From assembly GCF_006345805.1 (NCBI RefSeq), contig NC_043019.1:17793360-17857359 (forward strand): a stretch of DNA of 64,000 bases. The letters are read 5' to 3'. The notes beneath the pieces were generated by a model. The model was not told the DNA's origin and did not search any database. It saw nothing but the letters and a program-made list of their open reading frames with translations. A program made the position numbers and the translations under genes. This document shows positions 1-11,131 of the stretch, one piece after another. Numbering within the stretch: position 1 is the stretch's first letter; each line of letters opens with the position of its first letter. Origin of the DNA: Octopus sinensis (Eukaryota).

Positions 1-59
1 CAGTGTATCATGATATACAGGCATTCCTGATTTAACCCTAGTCTCAGTTTTTTTTTTTT

Positions 60-256
60 TTACCTTTTAGACTGTGGCCATACTGGGGCACGACTGTGAG
101 AAATTTTAGTTGAACTAATCGACCCCATTTTTTTTTTGTGTTTTTAAGCCTGGTACTTATTCCACCAGTCTATTTTGCCAATCTGCTAAGTTACGGGGTT
201 GTAAACACACCAACACCAGTTGTCAAGTGGTGGAGAGGGAAAACACAGACACAAAG

Positions 257-294
<38 letters not shown>

Positions 295-790
295 ACAGAT
301 ATATATATATATACACCACCTACACCACCAAACGGTATACACAGGTGCTTATAATTATCAAGTACTCACCCCGAATTTCTACACTCAACTATATATATAT
401 ATATATATATATATACATGGTTCTGGGTTCAGTCCCACTGCATGGCACCTTGGGCAAGTGTCTTCTATTATAGCCTTGGGCCGACCAAAGCCTTGTGAGT
501 AGATTTGGTAGATGGAAACTGAAAGAAGCCCGTCGTATATATGTATATATATATATATATATATAAGTATGAGTGAGTATATGTTTGTGTGTCTGTGTTT
601 ATCCCCCCCCCCCAACATTGCTTGACAACTGATGCTAGTGTGTTTACGTCCCCGTAACTTAGTGGTTTGGCAAAAAGAGACTGATAGAATAAGTGCTACG
701 CTTACAAAGAATAAGTCCTGGGGGTCGATTTGCTCAACTAAAGGTGGTGCTCCAGTATGGCCACACTCAAATGACTGAAACAAGTAAAAG
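60..790. mobile_element. Two fragments of bipartite SINE family A (a minus-strand 3' half and a plus-strand near-complete copy)
   Basis: Matches the family-A sequence repeated throughout the window (GGTTCAGTCCCACTGC...AAGCCCGTCG-(TA/TG)n-...GACTGAAACAAGTAAAAGAG). Confidence 0.8.
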
Positions 791-808
791 AGTATATATA
801 TATATATA

Positions 809-1040
809 TATAAATTAGAGAAAAACCACCTTTTATCAATTCAACAATGAAATAACAATGATATAATTAAATTATACCATATAGAAAAAAATTAAATATA
901 CAATATTTTTATCGTATATTGATAAAAGGTGGTCCGATAAAAATATTGTATATCTAATATTTTTCTATATGGTATAATTTAATTATATCATTGTTATTTC
1001 ATTGTTGAATTGATAAAAGGTGGTTTTTCTCTAATTTATA
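809..1040. repeat. Long fold-back inverted repeat (~106-bp arms, 20-nt loop) at the end of an AT-rich repeat also seen at ~3560-3710 and ~37450-37530
   Basis: 809-914 is the near-perfect reverse complement of 935-1040. Confidence 0.9.
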
Positions 1041-1151
1041 TACATATATTATATATTGTGAAATTTGATTTAGTATTACTAAATTGAATTTTTCCCTGTA
1101 AGTTTGGAATAATATTCCCTAATATTATTATTATTATTTTTATCATTATTA

Positions 1152-1515
1152 TCTCTATATTTATAAACAGCAAAATGTCTGTCTGTGTGTGTGTCCTTTA
1201 TACAAATCCACAATTTTTCAGTTAGAGGGCTCACACTTTCTATGCTCATTCAAAACCATCCAAGGGTGGTCGTGCACATTTTTACATTTCCCCGGTCACC
1301 CCGCAAAGCCATTAAAAAATCAATAGAAGTGACTTTTTTGTGAATTTTCTATCCAAAACCCAGTCAAAATGCCCGAAACTTCATACACCAATTGAATGCC
1401 AGCTAGCTGTGATTGGTCGGAGATTTGGACAGTACTCACGTGTATGTGTGCATGCATGCAGCTGTATATGCATGCACTAGCGCTATGACCCAGCAATGTT
1501 GGGTCATAGTGCTAG
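1152..1515 (+). mobile_element. Non-autonomous Helitron-like element
   Basis: Sits between A and T, starts TC, ends CTAG, with a subterminal hairpin ctagcgctatgaccc-agcaatgtt-gggtcatagtgctag. No TSD. Confidence 0.7.
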
Positions 1516-1519
1516 TATA

Positions 1520-2170
1520 TCATCATCATCATCATCATCATCGTTTAACGTCCGCTTTCCATGCTAGCATGGGTTGGACGGTTCAACTGGGGTCTGGCAA
1601 GCCCGAAGGCTGCACCAGGCCAGTCAGATCTGGCAGTGTTTCTACAGCTGGATGCCCTTCCTAACGCCAACCACTCCGAGAGTGTAGTGGGTGATTTTAT
1701 GTGCCACCGACACAGGTGCCAGACGAGGCTGGCGAACGGCCATGCTCGGATGGTGTTTTTATGTGCCACCAACACAGGTGCCAGACGAGGCTGGCAGACG
1801 GCCACGCTCGGATGGTGTTTTTATGTGCCACCAACACAGGTGCCAGACGAGGCTGGCAATGCAAGTTATTTTGTGACCCTGTCAGTGCAGGTGCCACTTA
1901 AAAGCATCCAGTTCACACTGTAAAGTAGTTGGTGTTTGGAAGGGCATCCAGTTGTAAAAACCTTGCCAAAACTGACCCCGCCTGTGTTTGTGCTACATAA
2001 AAAGCACTAAGTCCACTCTGCTGGGTGGTTGATGTTAGGAAGGGCTGTAAAAATCCTGCCAAAACACAGATGTTTGGTGCAGGCTTCAGTATAGCTGGCT
2101 CTTGTCAAACTGTCCCACCCATGCCAGTATGGAAGGCAGACGTAAAAGGATGATGATGATAATGATGATG
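1520..2170. mobile_element. SINE family C copies with (GAT)n tails and an internal 62-bp minisatellite; another copy at ~8030-8320
   Basis: Shared CCCATGCTAGCATGGA...GTTAAACGATGATGATG end. The 62-bp unit repeats at 1699, 1761 and 1823. Confidence 0.75.
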
Positions 2171-2204
<34 letters not shown>

Positions 2205-2719
2205 TAACTACAATTTGAAATAGCCAGTGGTGTGGTCTTCACCATCCTACATATGGAAAGGCATCTCTGCAAGATGTGTACTAGAGAGGAATTAAAGACA
2301 CCCAAGCTGTCATCAAGTGTTGGTGTTAAATTGGGTTAAGCCATCCATCCAGAAGCAGGATTTGAACTCAGACCTGAAAGGCCAGAGAAAAATACAAGGT
2401 ATCTAGTTCAACTTTCTTATAGTCTTGAATTTCCATCTAGATTGGTACCTTTTTTATCAACTCCTGAAAGGATGAAAGGCAAATTTGCTTCAGGTGAGAT
2501 TTGAACTCAGAGCACAAAGAATCAGAAAAAATAACCCATGGCAGTCTATCCACCCTTCTAACAACTCTGCCAATTAGTTGGCCATAATGTTCAGCTGCTA
2601 CTTCTGGAAAAGTGATCAACCATGTAGAAACACCCTCGTTAGTTAATTTTGTTGAATTTTATTCTCTTCCTCTAAATAATGCATTATTTACAGTTTGAGG
2701 ATGTTTTCTCTTATTTCAG

Positions 2720-3095
2720 GTTTACCAAAGACTAAACGTCCCCCTAAGGAAGAAGGGAATGAAAAAGTTTCATTGAAAAAAAAATGCACTCAATGCTGTC
2801 CGTTTGATATGCAACTGTTTAAAACCGGACGTTTTCAATTGTTTGCTTTGACATCAGCAGTGACTTGGAGTGCTAATTATCTCATCCATCTTTTAATTGT
2901 TGATTTTGGTGAAAATCGAGGGTATTCTTTAGTGGAAAGCTCAAGTCTTCTGACAACTTTAGGAGTTGCAGCAATTATATCACGATTTTTGGCTCTTTTA
3001 GTTAAAACATTTCACAAATTCTCAAATGTTGTAATGTTTATATTATTCTGTGTGGCTGCTACAATCCTACATGGATGTATTCCCCTCAGCAACAG
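2720..3095 (+). CDS. Internal coding exon of an MFS monocarboxylate transporter (SLC16/MCT-like); the 5' part of the gene lies upstream of the window
   Basis: tttcAG acceptor at 2718-2719 and AG|GTGAGT donor at 3096. Encodes loop end plus TM helices 'FDMQLFKTGRFQLFALTSAVTWSANYLIHLLIVDFGENRGYSLVESSSLLTTLGVAAIISRFL', typical of the MCT C-terminal half. Enters phase 1, leaves phase 2. Confidence 0.85.
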
Positions 3096-3392
3096 GTGAG
3101 TGAACATAGTTTTTCTAATTGTTAGTTTTTGTTTTGTTTGTGGGTTTTTTTTTATAGCTTAAATAGTGAAAGAAGGGTGCAGTGGTGACTCTTTTTAAGG
3201 ATCTTTGAGGTAGCTGGAAGACGTAAAAATAAGAAAATATCCACAACTGGTTGGTTACTGCTGTATAAAATAGCATATCAGTATATCGTGATCCCTCAAG
3301 AGGCTTTGCAACAGAATGTACTCCACACTCAAGGGCCAGATAGATGACAGTGCTAAAGAAAGAACTGGGTTAAGTAAAACACATATAATACA

Positions 3393-3439
<47 letters not shown>

Positions 3440-3704
3440 ATGAAACACGTGTTGTTATTCTACCAATTATATACGTTTTTATTATTTTTTTGCAATTTAC
3501 TTAATCATCAGTATTTTATTGTTATTTTAATTTTAATTTTTCTATTATATGTAATTTTCTAGATGGTGTAATTTAATTGTTTATTTTGAATTGATAAAAG
3601 GTGTTTTTTTTCTAATTTTTATATATATTATATTGTGTGAAATTTGATTTAGTATTTCTAAATTGAATTTTTTCCCTGTAAGTTAGGATTAATATTCCCT
3701 CAAA

Positions 3705-3753
<49 letters not shown>

Positions 3754-3955
3754 CTGTCTATTTATCTATCTATAGATAGATAGATAATGATGCAAATAAA
3801 CAAATAAAACCACTTGGGTTAGATAAAGACTGAAAAATTCAGACAATGAATGTTCATAGGAGTGGCTGTATGGTAAGTAGCTTGTTTACCAACCACATGG
3901 TTCCGGGTTCAGTCCCACTGCGTGGCACCTTGGGAAAGTGTCTTCTACTATAGCC

Positions 3956-3986
<31 letters not shown>

Positions 3987-4689
3987 GTGTGTCTGTGTTT
4001 GTCCCCCCAACATCACTTGACAACTGATGCTGGTGTGTTTACGTCCCCATAACTTAGCAGTTTGGCAAAAGAGACCGATAGAATATGTACTAGGCTTACA
4101 AAGAATATGTCCTGCAGTTGATTTGCTCTACTAAAGGCAGTGCTCCAGCATGACCACAGTCAAGTGACTGAAATAAGTAAAAGAGTATGTGTGTGTGTGT
4201 GTGTGTGTATGTGTGTGTGTGTGTGTATATGTATATATATCAGTGTGTGTGTCTGTGTTAGTCTTCCCATCACCACTCGATAACCAGAGTTGGTGTGTTT
4301 ACATCCCTGTAACTTAGTGGCTCGGCAAAAGAAACTAATAGAATAAGTACTAGACATAAAAAATAAACCCTGGGGTCGATTTGGCAGTGGGGTTGATGGG
4401 CCAAAGTGACAGCAGCACTACAAAGATTGACAAATATATACCTCTGAAACTAGCATTGCCTCTGCTTTGATTTGCTAATCACTTTAGGAATTGTAATGAG
4501 TGGGGTTTTTTTTTTTGGTTATTTTTGCAGTACCAACATTATTGAGATGCTGATTTGTAAATGGAAAAACTAAAGATCTCCCACAGCTGAGAGAGAGAGA
4601 GAGAGGGGGAGAGAGACAGTGAGAGAGAGAGAGAATAGGAATAAGAGTGGGAACTTTAAGCAAAGTGATGGGCTTCCATGCAGTTTCAG

Positions 4690-4855
4690 TTTACCAAATT
4701 TCACTCTCAAAGCATTGGCCAACCTGAAACTATTGTGGAGAGGAAGGTTCCTTTTAAAGGCACCACCATCAGATTGTATGGCCATGTCCCAACATTGCAA
4801 TATGATATACAATGGGATGCTGAAAAGTTGTTGGCTTTGGGTAAAAGAAAATACA
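4690..4855 (+). mobile_element. Possible degenerate piggyBac transposase fragment
   Basis: 'TIVERKVPFKGTTIRLY...' followed in another frame by 'KWG.LK..W'-like text, resembling the piggyBac DE.MVPFKGR...KWG segment. Short and decayed. Confidence 0.3.
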
Positions 4856-5650
4856 AGAGGATCTCTTTTTACTTGTTTCAGTTATTTGACTGTGGCCATG
4901 CTGGAGCACCGCCTTTAGTCGTGCAAATCGACCCCCAGGACTTATTCTTTGGAAGCCCAGTACTTATTCTATCAATCTCTTGCCGAACCGCTAAGTTACG
5001 GGGATGTAAATACACCAGCATCGGTTGTCAAGCAATGCTAGGGGGACAAACACAGACACACAAACACACACATACATATATACATATATACGACAGGCTT
5101 CTTTCAGTTTCCGTCTACCAAATCCACTCACAAGGCTTTGGTCGGCCCGAGGCTATAGTAGAAGACACTTGCCCAAGGTGCCACGCAGTGGGACTGAACC
5201 CGGAACCGTGTGGTTGGTAAGCAAGCTACTTACCATACAGCCACTCCTGCGTCTATCAGTTAATTATGATTATATTCTCTCAGATTCACACACTTATTGC
5301 AGCAGTCCTTCAGTTTTTCTAAGCCCTGTAAAAGAACTCAGAAGGTTGGGTCTCCAACCAGGCTTTTCGTGAAACCTCAGCACCCTCTTGTATGTCCTTT
5401 ATTGAAATTATGTATTAAAATGACAGTGGATAGAGGCTGGGATTGGATAAATGAAAAAAACATACAGTAACAAAGCAAACTTCTTAGAGTGGCTGTGTGG
5501 TAAGTAGCTTGCTTACGAACCACATGGTTCCGGGTTCAGTCCCACTGCGTGGCATCTTGGGCAAGTGTCTTCTACGATAGCCTTGGGTCAACCAAAGCCT
5601 TGTGAGTGGATTTGGTAGATGGAAACTGAAAGAGGCCCATCGTATATATG

Positions 5651-5765
<115 letters not shown>

Positions 5766-5820
5766 GTGTGTGTGTATATATATATATGTGTGTGTGTGTG
5801 TGTATATATATGTGTGTGTG

Positions 5821-5869
<49 letters not shown>

Positions 5870-6221
5870 TTGTGTGTCTGTGGTTGTTCCCCCAACATCG
5901 CTTGACAACCGATACTGGCGTGTTTATGCCCCCGTAACTTAGCGGTTCGGCAAAAAAGACCGATAGAATAAGTACTAGGCTTACAAAGAATAAGTCCTGG
6001 AGTCGATTCGCTCGACTAAAGGCGATGCTGCAGCATGGCTACAGTCAAATGACTGAAATGAGTAAAAGAATAAAAGAGAATAAAATAAAGTACTACCAGG
6101 TACTCGGGTCAATATAACAGAATATTCTCGTACTCTAACTTTGGGGTCCAATGTCTTAAAAACCAATATTTTTTTCTAGATATGATTTAACAATTTCAAT
6201 TGTGAATTCTTTTCATTTCAG

Positions 6222-6394
6222 CTTTTATAGTCTGATGGCAATGGTTGCAACAGTTGGCATTATATTTGGTCTACGTTTCAGTTACTTCATGTTGTCTTTG
6301 ATTGACTTAGTGCCAATGGAAAAATATTCACAGGCCCTTGGGTACACTCTCAGTCTGTGGGGTATTTCTGTAGCCCTTTTGGGACCAATTGTTG
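6222..6394 (+). CDS. Next exon of the SLC16/MCT-like transporter
   Basis: tttcAG at 6220-6221 and G|GTGAGT donor at 6395. Phase 2 matches the previous exon (AG+C = Ser). Encodes FYSLMAMVATVGIIFGLRFSYFMLSLIDLVPMEKYSQALGYTLSLWGISVALLGPIV (MCT TM10-11 pattern). Confidence 0.87.
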
Positions 6395-6776
6395 GTGAGT
6401 CATTTCTTATACATATTTTTTAAATTCTTTTTGTTACTTTACTGGTTTCAGTCCATGGGATTGTAAATGCTGGGACCACAAAATAAGCTATTAAACTGGT
6501 TCTAAGAAATAATGTACAAATAACCACTGGCATTCAATGTCATATTTAGTATCTTTATCTTTTAAACTCCAAATGAGCTGACTTAAACTTGTACACTTCA
6601 TTTTTCTCCCTATTTCTGAATGCCTCTCCAAAGCATGAAACTATTGGTAGCTCACATCTTTATACTGTGTACATTAAATGATATTTATCTCTCACTGGAT
6701 GGAATATTTTTTGTTGATCTTACCAATATATATATATATATATACATACATTCACAAACACACATACATACACACA

Positions 6777-6975
6777 CAAGGGGTGTTGAAAAGTTCCTGG
6801 TACAGGAGGATCAGTTAATTTTGATTTTATTCAACATATTCCCTTCTCAGATTCACACATTTATTGTCCTTCAGTAGGCCTTCAGTTTTTCTAAGCCCTG
6901 CAAATGAACTTGGAGGGTTGGGCCTCCACCAGGCCTTTTGCAATACCCTTAAAGGAATTTCCGGCACCCCCTCTT
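6777..6975. mobile_element. Mariner-derived MITE (partial second copy at ~5256-5392)
   Basis: Degenerate (C)GAGGGG-TG.TGAAAAGTTCC terminal inverted repeats. The minus strand retains the last transposase codons (..KCVNLRxEYVE*). Confidence 0.6.
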
Positions 6976-7024
6976 ATATATGTACACACACACACACACT
7001 CACACACAGAGGATAAAGAATAAA

Positions 7025-7345
7025 GACACCCCTTCGGTCATGAATGACCATGGGATTGCACCTAGAAAGTTACCCTGCCAGGCACAAGTCCGGGCAAGGT
7101 TGTTTATGGAAGGCTAGCAGTCACTCATGCATACCAGCCTCCCCTCTCCACACCACTGATGTTATCCAAGGGAAAGGCAAAGGGACTGATACAGCTTGGC
7201 ACCAGTGATGTCACAACTCATTTCTACAGCTGAGTGAACTGGAGCAACATGAAATAAAGTGTCTTGCTCAAGAACACAACACACAGCCCGGTCTGGGAAT
7301 TGAAATCACTACCTCGTGATTGTGAGCCCAACACTCAACAATGCA
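7025..7345 (-). mobile_element. tRNA-SINE family E (also 27765-28100+, 28885-29110+, 63800-64000-)
   Basis: Shared body CTCCAGTTCACTCAGCTGTAGAAATGAG...GGTGCCAAGCTGTATC...CTTTCTAGGTGCAATCCCATGG. Confidence 0.8.
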
Positions 7346-7374
7346 CTTATATATATATATTTATATGTATATAG

Positions 7375-7755
7375 TTCTATATTTAAGAGATGAGGAATTA
7401 TTTACATTATTCATATTTGATGGATATTTGTCCTCATCTTGTTTGTTGTTAACACAACATTCCGGCTGATATACCCTCCAGCCTTCTTCAGGTGTCTTGG
7501 GGAAATTTCGAACCTGGGTTCTCATTCCTAAGGTTGTCGTCGGCGTTGTTGTTGTTCAGGTCACTGCTTGGAATCGAACTCAGAATCTTGGGGTTAGTAG
7601 CCCTCACTCTTAATCACTATGCCATATGCCCATGGGCATATGGCATAGTGGTTAAGACACCTGAAGAAGGCTGGAGGGTATATCAGCCGAAACATGTTAA
7701 CAACAAACAAGATGAGAACAAATATCCGTCGAATGTGAATAGCGTAAATAATTAT
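7375..7755. mobile_element. tRNA-headed short element with a Penelope-type tail, arranged as a head-to-head inverted pair
   Basis: Minus copy 7633->7375 has A box TGGCATAGTGATTAAG, B box GAGTTCGATTCC, then an (AAC)n linker and a hammerhead-like motif. Plus copy 7633->7755 has an internal deletion. 24-bp palindrome at 7609-7656. Confidence 0.75.
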
Positions 7756-8438
7756 ATGTATATAGTTTGTTAGGCCAGTCCAGTTGTCTGTTACCCTTGA
7801 GTTTTCATGGGAGAGTGTTACTTTTTCTGAGAAATCCAAAGAGACATGTCACTAATGGTGGCAGAAGGGCCAAATATAGGGCTTCTATGTGTTTCCATGT
7901 TAACAACAACAATACTAATACAATCTGAACTTGTTTTATAATTGCCCTCAAGTGGTGGAAACCCCTATGCAGTAGGGCACCTGATCAACCTGAACAAGTT
8001 CAGATTGAGTTATTATCTCCGGATTTGGCCGATGCCAGTGCCACCTTGACTAGCTTCCCTGCCGGTGGCACGTAAAATGCACCAATCCGATCGTGCCGTT
8101 GCCAGCCTCACCTGGCACCTGTGCAGGTGGCACGTAAAAAGCACCCACTACACTCTTGGAGTGGTTGGCGTTAGGAAGGGCATCCAGCTGTAGAAACACT
8201 GCCAGATCAGACTGGAGCCTGGCGCAGCCTTCTGGCTTCCCAGATCCCCGGTCGAACCATCCAACCCATGCTAGCATGGAGAACGGATGTTAAACGATGA
8301 TGATGATGATGATGATGATGATTGTTACTTAGTAATCTTGTTTGTGTGTGTATCATGGACATGAAATTGTTTTGAATTACTTATTTGTCAAATTTTCATT
8401 TTGTTTACACAATATTCTTTATTGTTTTCTATTTGCAG

Positions 8439-8599
8439 GTGAAGTTAGTTCTTTGACCGGTAGCTATGACTTCAGCTACTACTGTGGAGGTGTTGTTGGT
8501 GGTTTGGCCTTGATACCAATTTCAGTGTATATCTATTTTAATGGCTGGTCTCTGAAGTTGGACAAAGGCAACTCTTTGACAGAGGAAAGGGATGTTTAA
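8439..8599 (+). CDS. Terminal coding exon of the SLC16/MCT-like transporter
   Basis: ttgcAG acceptor at 8437-8438, phase 1 matches (G+GT = Gly). Encodes GEVSSLTGSYDFSYYCGGVVGGLALIPISVYIYF...ERDV*, including the 'TGSYDFSY..GG' TM12 motif. TAA at 8597-8599. Confidence 0.87.
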
Positions 8600-9034
8600 A
8601 GAACCCAGCAATGTTGTTGCTACGCTTAAACCCATTTACTCAAACTGCCTGGTAACATCATTCATTAGATATAAACTGTGGGAGATAGTTTTCAAATCTG
8701 ACAATCAAAATACATGCAAAATTCAAGTTGAATATCAGATAACCCGTGTCTGTCGGTAGCCCAGTTCTCAATAATTAGCTCTATAGAGCGACCTCTATAT
8801 GCATATTTTGATAACTTGGTGCCAGTTCTTACTCAAATCCCATCTTATATAAGGAAAGTACAAATTAGATAATTTTGGTAGTTCTGAAAAGGTGGGATCA
8901 TGGCTGGAATACTTTTCATTGTAAGTCTTTCCAAGCAAAGTTAACCTGGGGCTACACAACCATGTCTCAAAGAAATCTAAAGGTTTGTGCTGACAGGTGC
9001 TGCTCATATCCTTAGAAAAACCCTATCATTTTAA

Positions 9035-9254
9035 TCCTTTTGTTACCAACCCAGCTGAAGCCGGCTCTGGTTTTGTTTTCAAATGCCTTGTTTTCGTAAG
9101 TTTTGGATTAAAATCTTCCACCAAACCTTAGTCACAATTTATGTTCCTAACACTAGCTTAATGATAACCAAGTTATTTTACTAAATTCTTTGTTATATTT
9201 AAAGTAATTGAAAGAAACACAGAACATCTCAAAATAAATTCAGTAATGAAAGGG
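9035..9254. mobile_element. piggyBac-type MITE
   Basis: TTAA at 9031-9034 and 9255-9258. Imperfect TIRs TCCTTTTGTTAC...GTAATGAAAGGG. Confidence 0.65.
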
Positions 9255-10664
9255 TTAAATATTTGTGTTGCTATATATGGAGGTATTTCACTACTGTTCC
9301 ACCACTTCCCCTCCCCAAGCTTTCATTTATATTTTAACATCTCTGAACCTTCACTTGCCCCAGGGTGCAGGGAGTGCCTCAGTAAATGATTACAACAAAA
9401 AAGTAAATAAAGGTGATACTAATAATAGTACTAGTTACAATTAGTAGGGATTACACCAGCAGCCACACGGGATTAACCAGCTCTCAAAGGATTAGAAATC
9501 TACTATCTCTATCACCAATATTTCTAATAATGGGGTTACACTAATTCCCACAGCATACACCACCTTTAAATCCACTCACAAGGCTTTGGTCGGCCTAGGG
9601 TTATAATAGAAGACACTTGACTTTATACCAAGTGTCAAAGGCTGAAGTATGACAAATATACAACTGACAGTTATTGCCAGTTGAGGGTAATGAGTAAATG
9701 GGAACTTCTACATGGTCATCTGGATAGCTAGAAATAGCAGCTAAATCTCTCTCAGTTCTAGCTTTCAAAATCAAGAAAGCTACATGGAACAATGTTGTTT
9801 CTGATGTCCAAGATTAGAATATGTTTGACCATAAGCCTGCTCAATTAGAGAAGTTAGTGTCTTGACCTTTGATACGGTAAGGTGATGACTCCATGCTACC
9901 TGCTGGTGAACTTGCAATGGTAGGTTGATCACCAGTTAAACTATTTCGTACGGCCAGCATTTAAGTTGTGTGTATGAATGTGTTTGCACGTGAGTGATTA
10001 CATATTGTGTTGTTAATCTGTTACAAAATATCTTGAGAATGGCAGTGTGAAAACGGTTGTTATTATAGAAATATCTAAAATATATTCTGAATAAATAACT
10101 TATTTACTAAAAAAATATTGGATTTTTCTTTAATGCAGTCACTCTTCTTAGAGTCACGCTCTGTTTAGGTGTTAATGATAAGCAGAGAGAACATTTCTTG
10201 ATCAAGAATTATTGCTTTATTCTAATATTTGTTATATTCAGGAGAAAGAAGAAAAGAAAAAGAAAATTGAAAATCAGGATGGAAGTATGCGTTTCTGGTT
10301 GGAATGTCCATGATTCTTGCACTGAAAGTGCCTGGTTAAGAGCCATATGATGATGATACACAATCATACACCTTGTCACTATATTATGCTACTAATTAGC
10401 ATGTTACAGAGGATGTTTAAGAACTCAGGTGTGCATAAATAATCCCACCCTACAAACACTAAAACTGGGTGTAAAGTCACAAAATAAACTCCCAAAGCTA
10501 AGATAATCAGCGAAGAATCTATATTTATTGAGGAACAGGAATAGACTGATTGAAATTATTTGAAATTGAAGCTAATCTACAATATTATCCATGCAAAATG
10601 TCACCAATATTATTATCATTAACTGACTGGAAGTGTTATCATGGACATTGTTTTGTCTTGGTAT

Positions 10665-11072
10665 AAAAGATGGACTACAGCAAATATTCTGCTCAATACC
10701 ACAGATTTTCTTGTCAGTTGTTTGACCGTAAGAAGTAGTGGGGAGCATCATAGCCATGTGTTGAGAGGGATTATTTGGGGTTTGAATGATTCACCTCTGG
10801 AAACATGGGTGTTTTATTCAACATCCTAAAGCAACCCTTATTCAGGGACCTTTTGAGCAGGATGAGCTACTCGACCTGAAGAAAATTCTAACTGGGCCCC
10901 ACCCGCAAGGTCATGTGCTGTTTATCTTGTTATGAGATCACCATGTTGCGCACATATGGTTGTGATGCATGTGCCTGGTGTACCCTTATCAGACGGGTAG
11001 TCATGATGGGTATACTGGGCTTCGTATATTTTACCCCAGTGTCACTTTGATGGCATGCAGTGTTCTCTCACT

Positions 11073-11130
<58 letters not shown>
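10665..11130 (+). mobile_element. Retroposon 3' end family D with (AAC/AAT)n tail; other copies at 12725-13220 and 62275-62670
   Basis: Three copies share ~350 bp ending GCACTGCTCTCTCACTCAATAATAAT and differ in 5' truncation, as expected of LINE/SINE 3' ends. Confidence 0.8.

Positions 11131-11131
<1 letters not shown>

Noticed and set aside
1695-1858. CRISPR-like repeat array
   Set aside because: The units are contiguous with no unique spacers, lie inside a SINE, and the context is eukaryotic with no cas genes.
10221-10290. Possible small exon 'EKEEKKKKIENQDG' with ttcAG acceptor and GTATGC donor downstream of the transporter
   Set aside because: The transporter ORF already terminates at 8599. 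The sequence is low-complexity and purine-rich, with no corroborating exon.
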